Below, piece after piece: positions 13,605 to 24,129 of a DNA stretch of 64,000 nucleotides (position 1 is its first letter; each line of letters starts with the position of its first letter). The notes under the pieces were generated by a model, which worked only from the letters and a program-made list of their open reading frames with translations, searched no databases and had not been told where the DNA came from. Position numbers and translations under genes: made by a program. The stretch lies in assembly GCA_028534125.1 (NCBI GenBank), contig CM052818.1, forward strand, positions 5,086,001-5,150,000. Reading direction: 5' to 3'. Source of the DNA: Lama glama (Eukaryota).

Positions 13605-13775
13605 ATAAAAGTAGTTACCATTTATTAAGCACTCATTATATATCAGCTATTGGGTCAAGCCCTGCAAAGATCTTTTTTATTTAATCCTTTCTGCTATTCA
13701 TGAGGTAGGTTCCAGTTTTATTCCCATTTTGCTTAAGGATATTGAAGCTTAGCGTTCTCAGTGATTTGCTTAATC
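13605..13775 (-). mobile_element. MIR
   Basis: gtagttaccatttattaagcactcattatatatcag...atgaggtaggt...ttattcccatttt. Confidence 0.8.
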
Positions 13776-14448
13776 TAACATTACACTTTTAGCTACTGTG
13801 CTGCGCTTCCCCAGATACACCACGCCAGCCACCCACGCGGAGAGGGTTCTCTGTGTTTCCTGACTCCACTGTTAGTTAACGCTGCAGAGTTGCAGCTGCA
13901 GGTGATGGCAGGTACAGCTCCTGAACTGGGGCTCATCTGGCGCCCTTTGTATCCCAAAGTCACAGAAGCAGGTGGGGTTGGGGAGACTTGTGCTAATTCC
14001 AGGCCTTGAAGTCAATGCTGACGCTACAGAACCTCTCCTGGAGGAAGGATGCAGAATGCCGGCTGTGCTGTCTTTTGGTCAAGATACTGATTTGAGCCAA
14101 AAAATGCCTTCTGTTTATCCTTTTTTGTGAAAGGTCAGATATATGAAAATAAAGGACGTATGGAAAGCCAGAGAGGTCACTGATTCACAGCCCAAATTAT
14201 TATTCCTTAGTTGGAGGGACTTAATAGAATCTGGTCTACACAGTTGGCTCAACTTTTTTTTCTTTAATATTAAAGAAATATGGAGTGACTTTTTCCTTTT
14301 GGTCTTCTTAGAAATTTTTTTTTTCTTCTCCTTTAGAGGCCACTGCTTCTGAGCCAGGAAGTCAAGGCTCAGTGAATGATCATGAATACATAGACGAGGA
14401 CGGAGGACATAAGAATCTAGTAAAGAGACCACCTATTGACCCTTATAG

Positions 14449-14530
14449 GTTATATATATAGATTATATATATTATATATAGATTATATGATTAATATACA
14501 ATATATAATGTATTGCATATATTATAGATG
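14449..14530. repeat. TA-rich low-complexity tract
   Basis: Direct reading. Confidence 0.85.
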
Positions 14531-15094
14531 ATTTTCATGGGCCAATATCAACATTTCATGGAAAGAGTTCTGCAAATGCTCCCAAGGGAATCACTGTGCT
14601 AGCTCAGTTGTCTCTTTAATGTTGAAAAAGTTGGAACTCAGAGAAGTTAAGAACCTTGTCTAGCTTCTCACAGCAAGTTCATAGCTAAATTAAAGTCTGC
14701 CCTTCTCACTCCAGTATTCATTCAGCACATACTATTGAACATTTATTCTGTCCCTGGAACTAAGTTAATTTGCTGTTTACCTCCAACTTTGATTTTAGGA
14801 AAGAAAAAAAGAATGTATCTTGGAACCATGAAGGAATGTTCTTTTTTTTTTTCATTTTCTTTTATGCATTTGTTCTTTCCTCTCATTTCTTACATTAACT
14901 TCTTCCTTATTAGTGATTTACAGAACAGTGTGCTAGGCCTAGGGTAGAAAGAGCATTTTAGGTGGCAGTGATTTTAAAAAAAGTGACTATTCAATGCAGA
15001 GTTCCCCAAATTTTTATGAGAAGGTGCTATTTTTACATTTCATGGTTTTGTTTTGTTTTGTTTTAAAGCAGGTTGAAAGGGGCCAAAAATGAAG

Positions 15095-15330
15095 TGAATT
15101 TCCACCTTTTGACATGACTCACAGTAAGAAATACATTATAACCTAGCAAATGTGTGTGTATCTGTGTATATATGTACATGTACATATGATTGAAACATGG
15201 AAAGTTTTGTGAAATAATACTCTCACATGATATAATGAAGACAAATTTTACATCAAATATGACTTTATGAATATTTAAACACTACAAGATGTCACACAGC
15301 CTATTCTGCCCAATTTCTTTTTCTTTCTTA
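15095..15330 (+). mobile_element. hAT-Charlie fragment (MER119-like)
   Basis: ttttgacatgactcacagtaagaaatacatt...tgaaaca...aaagttttgtgaaataatact, matched to a recalled consensus. Confidence 0.45.
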
Positions 15331-15559
15331 AATACTAAAACAAAGCTCAGTAAGTTAACCAGAGCAATTTGGGCAAATGTTTCAATTCCCGATTTAATTT
15401 TGATTGTAAAATTACGAAAAGGTCAGGTGGCCAGTAAATTTTGTCTGGCTTAGCCCTTGATCTCAGAGGGGGTCGTTTGCCATTCAGTTGTGAGGGGTAC
15501 AATGGGAAATCTGCTTCAGCTTTCAGATTTCCTGACATCTCATCACGTGAGCAACCTTG

Positions 15560-15662
15560 AGCTTTGTGCCAACCTTTCTGAACTCTCATCACACATGTTA
15601 AATGAGAGGGTAGGTCTACGTGACTCTCTTGATCCCTTCCAGCTTCAAAGGTCTGAAATTCC
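15560..15662 (+). mobile_element. MIR/MIR3 fragment
   Basis: tgttaaatgagagggtaggtctacgtgactctcttgatcccttccagcttcaaaggtctga. Confidence 0.6.
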
Positions 15663-18164
15663 ACGATATTTTTTTTTTTACTTGAAACCTGGGTACCAGT
15701 GAAAACAAAGTCACCTCAAATGTATTCTATGCGTAACGTACGGATCTCGAAGAACCACAGACACATTCCACTTGAAGTCTCCCTAAAATGTTGACAGATG
15801 TGAGGACAGCGTCATTGAATGCTTAGTTTTATATTTGCATTCAGAGCTGCTGTTTCCATGGGGGCATTTTTATCAAATAAAAATGTGTTACTGCTATTCT
15901 TGGAATTCTTCTGGTTCTGCTGTGGATTTAATTAGCAAAAGCACTGTATACTTCTGTGCACTCTGGTTTGGGGGAGGCTGAGCCATCGCTCAGTTTAGGG
16001 TATCCCCAGGAGAGAGATGTCCAGTTTTTCCTTGTCATCTGACGACTGCAGGGCCCCTGGCTGTGGGAGGGAATGACGTGGCCACGGTGCCAGCACCATG
16101 GCATGTTACGTGCCTTCCTCTGAGGCACAGGGAAGGCATTTCGGCTAAGTTTAGTCAAAGTAATCTTGGTAACGGCCCGAAGCGAAACTACCTTTATTGG
16201 CTATGTGGCTCTCTTGCCAAAAGGGTGAATTGTTTTTCCATTGTCTTCCTATATGGTGATAGGAACGTTTGAGTCCTTGGAGTAGTGAAACAAATAGATC
16301 AACAGCAAGACAGCATTTCAGGAGCCCATCTGGGTTTGGTCTAGAGAGTTCAGCCATCAGTGAGGTCTTAGGAAAGCTTCATCCTTTCAGTCCAAAAACG
16401 ATTGAACTAAAGTTTTCATCAAATTGGTTTTCTAAGGAACAGAGGCAATGTATTCATTTACGGGGCGAAATGCAGCTGCCAGATAGCCTGGAATATATAT
16501 GTGAACGTGACCTGTGTGTTCTCTCACCACTGGCAGCCTGCGGGAGAAGCCAAAGGATAACTAGCAGGTTGCTGGACGATCCTGGAATTCCAACATGGGG
16601 GCCTCAGTTACACGAGTGGAGTATTTCATGCCATGAGGCCAAGACAGTCTGTGTGTCCATCTCCAGAGGAGGAATTGGAATGCCCCTAGCCTGTTGGCTA
16701 AGCCTTTTTTCTCTCTGAACAGCAGTTGGGTGCTGAGAAGGAGATCATGCATCCTTCAGCCTTGCTGTGAGGGATGGAGAGAATCCACCCCTAGCGCAGC
16801 GTCCGGCGCATTAGAGAACCACTCACAGAATGATAGTTATTTTAACCTCTGTGACAGGGCTCTTGTGTCTAAGTACGCGTCTTCACTCCTGAAGAAGATT
16901 TGCTTTCTTTTTTTCTATGACACACGTGACAATAATTGTAGAAGTTTGCAGAAATGATCGAAATTTGGAAAATTCAGGAATGCACCAAAAATAGATAAAA
17001 TAACAAGCATAATCTACAAAACACCTTTGGTTGCTCTTCTGGTATATAATCTTCCCTAAAATGTGGCGCTCCTGGAAATATAATTCTTTACGATGGAAGG
17101 ATGGACCTTATTTGATGCCAGGAAAAATGACTCTATATTTGCCCTTTGTGTGGAAACTGACCTCGTTCATCTGCCCCACAGAGAAGTTTTTCATAATTCA
17201 ACTCTACCTTCTCCACCTCTGGCTAAGGAAACGAAGTAACGAGGGGGTTGGCTTTTCAAATCACACCAAGCTACACAGGGAAGTAGCAAGCTAGAAGTGA
17301 TCTGTGGGAAAAGAAAAAAAAAAACAAAAAACAAATGCTGGTGTTATCTGCAATGTGATTCTCCATAGCTTGAATTTCAGACCAGAAGGACTGGGATGAA
17401 GGTGGGGAAGGAGTCGGGGGAGGGTAGGAAGAGGTGGGGACGGAAAGGAGGACAAGGGAGATGTTGGGCTCTCATTTGCCAGCATGATACCCACTGCTTT
17501 GTTTATGGATTCGATGCTATTCATACAGTCTTTGCAATATTAATTTTTAATTTATGATGCTCATTAGGAGACACTTAAAACAGAACAATTATCATTTATC
17601 TTGATATATTATTTACTAGGACTGACTGTCATGGTTAGGGGCCCATGATGGGTGAGAAGGGGAGTCCGGAAGAGCTTCTAAAAGGCGCTGGGGGTAAAAG
17701 CGTAGGAGCGTAGGAAACGGTCGTCAAAACCCAAGGTCCAATGTTCTGATGTCAAAGCAAAAGCCACACCAACCTAATCAAGACTCAGGAGGCCCCCTCG
17801 TAGACAAGCCTGGAACAGTTCTTAATGAACCTGCAGGATCATATTAATGAGACTCTCTGTTAGGCCACCAGCTCATCAATTATTCATCCAGCTGCATTCC
17901 TGGTCTTTGCTAGCTTCCTCCTTTTTTCGCGTTGGTGTGATGACTTTTTTTTTTAACCCTCCATTTCCTTACCGTGAGTGTAAACAATGCATTCTGTTCG
18001 ATAGTTCCCTCTTCTGCTACTCAAACGTCATCTCTTCTCAAGACTCAGCCAGGATTTCACACACAATGATGGAAATCTACTCGAGGGGAGTCTAACTTCT
18101 GAGTCTCAGGGAGCCAGAGTCCCCCTGACTTTGTGTTTCCCTAATGCGTGGGGGCCTAACTTGG

Positions 18165-18355
18165 ACATTGCGTTCATCACGCTGTGCTGTAATTGTCTAC
18201 ACATGGGTGACTTTTCCCCCACTGGACTGTAAATTCCTTGACAACAGGACTTAAGTTTTATTTATTGTATTCTCATTCCCAACATAATGCCTGACACAAA
18301 GTAGACACTCATTAAATAAGTGAGTGAGTGAATGAGTAAATAAATGAATGAATGA
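18165..18355 (+). mobile_element. L2 3' end
   Basis: ctggactgtaaattccttgacaacaggac...tgcctgacacaaagtagacactcattaaata followed by a (tgaa)n tail. Confidence 0.85.
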
Positions 18356-18494
18356 CGAGTACTCAGTCATGCTTCGTTCAGCCCTGTCTGTCCATAGTCA
18401 AGCAGACCGTGAGATGGGGGCCTGAGCACTGCCTGCACGTTTCACAGGAAAATAAACAAAAGAAAACCAAACAGAATTTTGCATTGACAATCTG

Positions 18495-18580
18495 GGTCCT
18501 TGGTTCAATCCCCAGTACCTCCTCTAAAAACCAAAAAAGAAATAAACCTAATTACCACCCCCCATCAAAAACAAACAAAA
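18495..18580 (+). mobile_element. 3' half (B box, body, A-tail) of a tRNA-Ala-derived camelid-type SINE
   Basis: ggtccttGGTTCAATCCccagtacctcc...aataaacctaattacc...aaaacaaacaaaa, followed by TSD aagaagacatttcttg (18579-18594). Confidence 0.88.
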
Positions 18581-18889
18581 GAAGACATTTCTTGCCTCAG
18601 TTTTGGCATGAGAGGCTGCAGAGCCAAAGGCCATTCGTGACTCTACGTCAAGTGGATTTTAATTTGTTACATCTCAACTAGTCAGAATCCCAGAGAGTCG
18701 TATTTAGAGAAATAGTACCCGGAAGTCGTCTCTGTAGATCTCCAAGTTGCCTCTTCCTATCAGTGTGCCAGGCTGAGAACAGACTAGGTGTGCTCAAACC
18801 TTGATTTTCTTTCCTTGGGTACCTGGGTGGACTGGGGCTTCTGGGGCTCTTAGACTGGTTGCCCTGAGACAACAGAGGGCTCATGCATT

Positions 18890-19050
18890 TATCCTTATTC
18901 CATGGATTCAACAATGTACATTTCATCCCTTCATTAACATCTCTGAAATCTGAATGTATCTCCCCATCAATGTTTGACAAACGCTTTCGGCCCAGTGGCA
19001 GTGATGAGGCAATTCTCATAGTCGGCACAGAAACTCAGTGAGGTAGTTGT
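18890..19050 (+). mobile_element. MER104/Kanga-like TcMar-Tc2 DNA transposon fragment
   Basis: ccttattccatggattcaacaatgtacatt...ttaacatctctgaaatctgaatgtatct resembles the MER104/Kanga terminus. Confidence 0.55.
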
Positions 19051-19051
19051 C

Positions 19052-19105
19052 AAGGACCTCGTGCATGCTAAGCATGCGCACTACTGCTTAAGCTATCTCC
19101 GCCCA
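19052..19105 (-). mobile_element. 5' half (A box, tRNA-Ala AGC anticodon arm) of the same SINE
   Basis: Minus strand reads gggcggagatagcttaagcagtagtgcgcatgcttAGCatgcacgaggtcctt, preceded by TSD aagaagacatctcttg (19121-19106). Confidence 0.88.
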
Positions 19106-19209
19106 CAAGAGATGTCTTCTTAATTTGTATTCTTTCTGTTTGTTGTTCATGTGAAAATTTGCCTTGCAAGACGCATGCAGGTGGCAGTGACAGGACACCC
19201 CACCAGGGC

Positions 19210-19340
19210 CAGGAGGTCTGAGCACTGCCACGAACCAGCTGTGAGATCCAAAGTGCCCGTCTGGGCTTTAATTACTCATATGTAAAATGAAAGAATTGAG
19301 CTAAATAATCTCAAGGTCCTTTCTACATATAATTATATGT
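19210..19340 (+). mobile_element. MIR/MIR3
   Basis: ccagctgtgagatcc...ctcatatgtaaaatgaaagaattgagctaaataatctcaaggtcctttc. Confidence 0.7.
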
Positions 19341-21779
19341 TTTTCTGAATCGCATCCTGAAGCTGTATTTTTAGAATGACCCACTTTTGTTTTGATGAAG
19401 GGGCTAGTGATACATGGAGGCCAGCCTCCAATTTTGCCTCCAAAATAAGAAAGATTGTCTCCTTTCAATACATGCTGTCAGTGCAGAGCGTGTGATGTTG
19501 ATATCACAGAAAATGCAGAAAAATCAGAGAGAGGGGACATGATATAGTGGCTTTTCAAAACCACATCTGAAATCCTGGTGCCTGGTCAGGTGACACATGA
19601 TGGGTATTGTATTGAAACCTGTGGCCTGAATCACTATGAACAGTATCTATCTATCTCTCTATCTCTCTCAAATCTTCCTCTTGACAATCTATAGAGAAAG
19701 GTTATTTGGAAAGAATAATCAATTCTGTAAAATGATTACATGCAAATTTCCATTCAAAATAGAAATATCTTATTTTACCTGATTGTATAACATGAGAGCT
19801 TCGTGTTTTGTTTTGTTTTTTTTCCTTAAAAATATTTTGTGGTTTTAAAAATCTTTGGGAAAATGATTCAAAGCATATGGGAAGTAGGGCTGAAGCTTGG
19901 AGTGAACATGGGAGTAGAGGTGACTTTCAATCCCTAACAGGGACTTTTCGGGTAACTGACAGAACCATCCCCCGGCGTGGGTGACCTTGAGTCTGCGTGT
20001 CCTAAACTCTGAGTGTGTGGGCCGGGTGGTGGGGGCAGTGGCTAAGCTCAGTGCTGTCATGTCTTCTACCTTTAACCCTGTGTGGTTCACCTGCTTACCT
20101 TGCATAATAGAACCTGTCTTTACCATGAATGAACGTAGGAAATAACCATTAAATCCTAAGAACTGATTTGAGTTAAAAAAAGAATGCGAAATTTATTTCC
20201 ATTGAAAATCCTCCCCTGGCCTCCATTACCAGCACATACACTTGCTAAGAAATCAAATTTGTCGACTCTCATTTCCAACCGCTAGCAGGGCATCATATTT
20301 CCAAAATGCTATTTGTAATCATTCCCCCGCAATACGGTGAAGCATCGAAGTTGAATGTCTGCCCGGGCTCTCTTCTCTTAACCCTCATGTCTTAGTCATT
20401 TAAAGAACAATGGTTTTGAGTAACAGAGTTACTCTTTCCTCTTGATTTTTTTTTTCCTTACAAAATTCAGTTTCCTGGGCAGCTTCTGGAGGGAAAATTC
20501 AATCACGAGATGTACCATACAAGAGGGCACCGGGCTACTTTTAATATTAGCCCCCTTTAATCCGGGTAAGGTCATGGAACTTTTCTGATGTTTGCCTAGG
20601 GAGAACTTGCTCCTTATTTTTTAACATATCCTTTTGTCTGGTTGGCCAGTAATTGACTTTGTCCCTTTTCTCATTTATTTCCCTGTCTCCTGGTTGTAGC
20701 ATCTTCCCCCCGGAGTCTCAGGTTAGAAGTTTTCCCTTTTGTGAAACCATGACAGGTGCCTAATTGAATGATGAATGTCCCTTTATTACTCTGTAATTGA
20801 ACTGCCAGCTTTTTGATTGGTTTGTAGAGATGCTCCCCCGGCCATCAGGCCCTGCAGGGGGCTTGGTAGTTGGCAGTCTGGTCCTACACTCCATCTGTCT
20901 AATCCCATCCAGCCCCCAGTTGCTTTTTGGGGGGTGGTGATAGAGGTAGGGAGTGAGGGGGAGGGGACTCATAATAAATTATGCTAATTCGATGTGGCTC
21001 CAACAATGAGAAGATCATATTGTTCCGTGCATCTTGGGGGCAAAATGCTTCAAGACATTTTGTCGTCATGGGTGCCTAGCCTGACAGGCCCAGGATGAAG
21101 ATTAATGGGCCTCACCTGAGTGACAGAACAGGGGATTGTGGGGACGAGAGGGTCATTCATCATACTCTGACAGGTGTCATTCAATCCGACAGCAGCTACA
21201 CCGTCACCCGGCTAGCAGCTCCATTTTTCTGCCAGTTAAGCAAGGAGTTTAATAACATCCCCAGAATTAAAACTCATTCTTTGTAGCAGGTCTGACAGCT
21301 GAAAATAAGAAAATCAATTCTTCACATGTTATAGCAGAGTTAACTGACCGGGGCTTCGACTCTCATTTCGTCTTTGGGCTGCGTTTCAAGCAAAGAGCTT
21401 TTGGTAAGGCATCATCTATTAAAATTTACCCAGAGTGCGAACTTTAGTGGTGGCGTTACTGTGGGCTCACTGGAGATTCAGGTTTGCTCAGCCAGGGTCC
21501 CTTCACTCACTGCTGAAACACATCCCCGCGCTGGTTGCGTCTCTCCCGCTTCCGCCTCATTAGCAATGTTTACTGCTTCTCTCTTCATTAATATTGATCC
21601 CCTCCCCAACTACCAGCAACAACCGGACAGACACTAATTTGAAACATTTGGTGTCTTTAAACTGTTTGGATTTCAGGTTTCAGGGACCTTGGAAGGCAGA
21701 GACCATGGTTTAAAGATAAGAAGGGGGCGGTGAAAGTTTGGTGCTCTAGGGTTGCCCTGGTGAGTGATGACACTCGAGG

Positions 21780-22299
21780 TTGGTGAGAATGGTTGACCAC
21801 AAAACATGGCTCTGGACCCCGTCCATCCCTCTCCTCATCCAGAGGAGGGGTCTATTTCTCCACCTCCGTGAATCGTCTGGGCTCTCCCAGCCTGTCACTA
21901 GGTTTTGACCAATAGAATGCAGCAGGACTGACGGCGGCTAAAGAGATCTATGTCTGCTTTCACTTGCTATGGAAGCAGGTTACCATGTACGGTGTCAGTC
22001 TACCATGCTGTGAGGAAGCTCAAGCTAGCTACATGGAGAGGAAGCACTCCCACAGAAATGCACCAAGGCACCAGGCATGTGAGTGAAGAGATCTTGGATT
22101 TTCCAGCCCATCTCGGCTTCCAGCTGGGTGCAGCCGCGTGGTTGCCATTTTGGACATTCTAATCCCAGCTATGTGGACTCCATATGGAACAGAAGAACCG
22201 CTCACGTTTCTGACCCACAGAATTATGAGCAAATACAACAGCTGTATTAAAGTCATTAAAGTTTGGAGTAGTCTGTTATGTAGCAATGGATAACAAGCA
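21780..22299 (+). mobile_element. MaLR LTR (MLT1F/G/H group)
   Basis: tttgaccaatagaatgcagcagga...ccatgctgtgaggaagctcaagctagc...tgacccacagaattatgag...gtttggagtagtctgttatgtagcaatggataac. Confidence 0.88.
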
Positions 22300-23504
22300 G
22301 TGCACGTGAGACCTCATAATTGCAACCCTTTAGGTTTCTGAGTAATAATCTTGGAAACAACTGGGACGAAAATGTGACAGGAGGGGATAGCGATGTGTTT
22401 ACAGAGAAGTTCTATAAATGCATGTGTTACAAATACACGGAGGGCATGTAATAACTGTTTGAGATTTTCTGAATCCAAAAATCATCGCATCTAACAGCAG
22501 AAGAACATCTGAAATTGGGGAAGAAGAGTAGAATTACAGGATGCAATGGCATTGGGAGAAAGGTCTTGAACCCATGGTTAAGTCCACGGAAAGGAACAAA
22601 ATTAAAGACCACCATGGCATTTTTATTATAATAATTTATACAACAGAAGTTTCCTTTTCCTTAAGAATAACCTTCAGAACAAACATTTAAAAGTTCAGAC
22701 TTGGGGTTCATGGTACAGTCTCTTGGAAACCAGTATGAATTACTTCCCTGAAGAGTCTTAAAAAGAGGCTGGCATGGCTGAACCTGGTTGCTGCGACCTT
22801 GAGTGGACTGTCTGCACTGGCCTCACCGTCTCAAGAATTCCTGCTGTCCTTAATTGCAAAGTCACATGCCTGCTCAGAGTCAGTATCTCCTGATGCCCAT
22901 ATTCTAGTATGATCTGAAGCCACCTCCTTAGCATCTGCCGTTATTTTTTCCCTTCTGTTTCAGATCTTGCTACTCCATTTCAACACTGATGTCATAAAAA
23001 AGGAGACCCACCCTGATACCCAACTCATCATACAAACAGTGGCACCTCTAAGGTCCATTATGTCCTCCCGCTGAGCATGAAAACCAAGAATTAATTACAA
23101 AAGCAAACTTTCGGTCGCTAGATGATCAGTTCATTTTAAAGCATCTGGAGTGAAGCCCCAATACAAAGGATGCGACATTAATTAATAGCCTAGCAAGTTC
23201 TTAAGAATTATGAATAAATATTATTTTTAAAGAATGAAGAATTATGAATAAATGTTAGCAAGCCAATCCACAATTATCAGCCGCTTACTGTCTATTGCAG
23301 GTAGGGGTTCACATAATAGGGAAAAGACATATTTGCTAACTTCTAAAAACATAGTTGAGACTAGAAAGTCAGTTTTGTATACGGACTAGTCGTAGCCGAG
23401 AGGTGGAAAGATTAGTTGATTTTAATCCACAACCCTGAATCTAGAGATTTCTTTGATTGCAACTCAGTACCAGACTCTACTCCGCACATGCTGGTTTGGA
23501 GGTA

Positions 23505-23630
23505 GAACTCTGGGTGGAGAGTCAGAAGGCTCGGATTCCAGTCAACTAGGCTCTGCTGCATAGGAGGTAACGTTGCGCAAGTCAGTTGACTTCTCTAAAC
23601 ATCAATTTTCTTATTCATAGAATTGAATGA
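23505..23630 (+). mobile_element. MIR
   Basis: gagtcagaaggctcggattccagtc...gcaagtcagttgacttctctaaacatcaattttcttattcata. Confidence 0.7.
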
Positions 23631-24053
23631 GTCTCTAGCCCTCCTCTGCCTAACATTGGTTTGGTGAGGGTCAGTTTCCACGATGTTAAAGCAGTCAGCC
23701 AAAGCTTAGGTTAACCCTATGCCCACCAGGCCCACCCACCTGCTGCCCCCAAACCAGTTGAAACTTATTTAAGTCTTTGTATATTATGACCATAACTCCA
23801 TTCTGTTTTTCAAAACCCTGAAGATAGTCACGTAGGAGCTTCTGAAGTGTATGAGTAATTATAGCAAATTTTGTTTTGTCTCTAGTCCAGACAAACCTTC
23901 TGCAGCAACACCTATTCCACAGCCTCTTTACGTGTGGCCCGGAGGTTTCTCAACAAGGGAAAGCAGAAACGTTTTCTTGGCTTTTGTGAATGATACAGCA
24001 CAACGTCTGTGGGAGGAGAATCTGTACCAAGAAAGTCATCACTTCCTGGGAAT

Positions 24054-24129
24054 AGAAGATGAAGATGAAGATGAAGAAGAAGGGAATTGAAGAAGAAAGG
24101 GGGAAAAAGGAGGAAGGAAAGAAAGAAAG
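24054..24129 (+). repeat. GA-rich low-complexity tract, (GAAGAT)n/(GAAA)n
   Basis: Direct reading. Confidence 0.8.

Noticed and set aside
13139..13684. Longest N-free ORF (181 aa)
   Set aside because: No recognisable domain, and its 3' end runs into a MIR. Chance ORF.
16269..16718. 149-aa ORF
   Set aside because: Non-ATG start, no family resemblance, no supporting exon structure.
19052..19105. tRNA-Ala(AGC) gene
   Set aside because: Only the 5' half is present, and it is the head of a SINE with TSD and tail.
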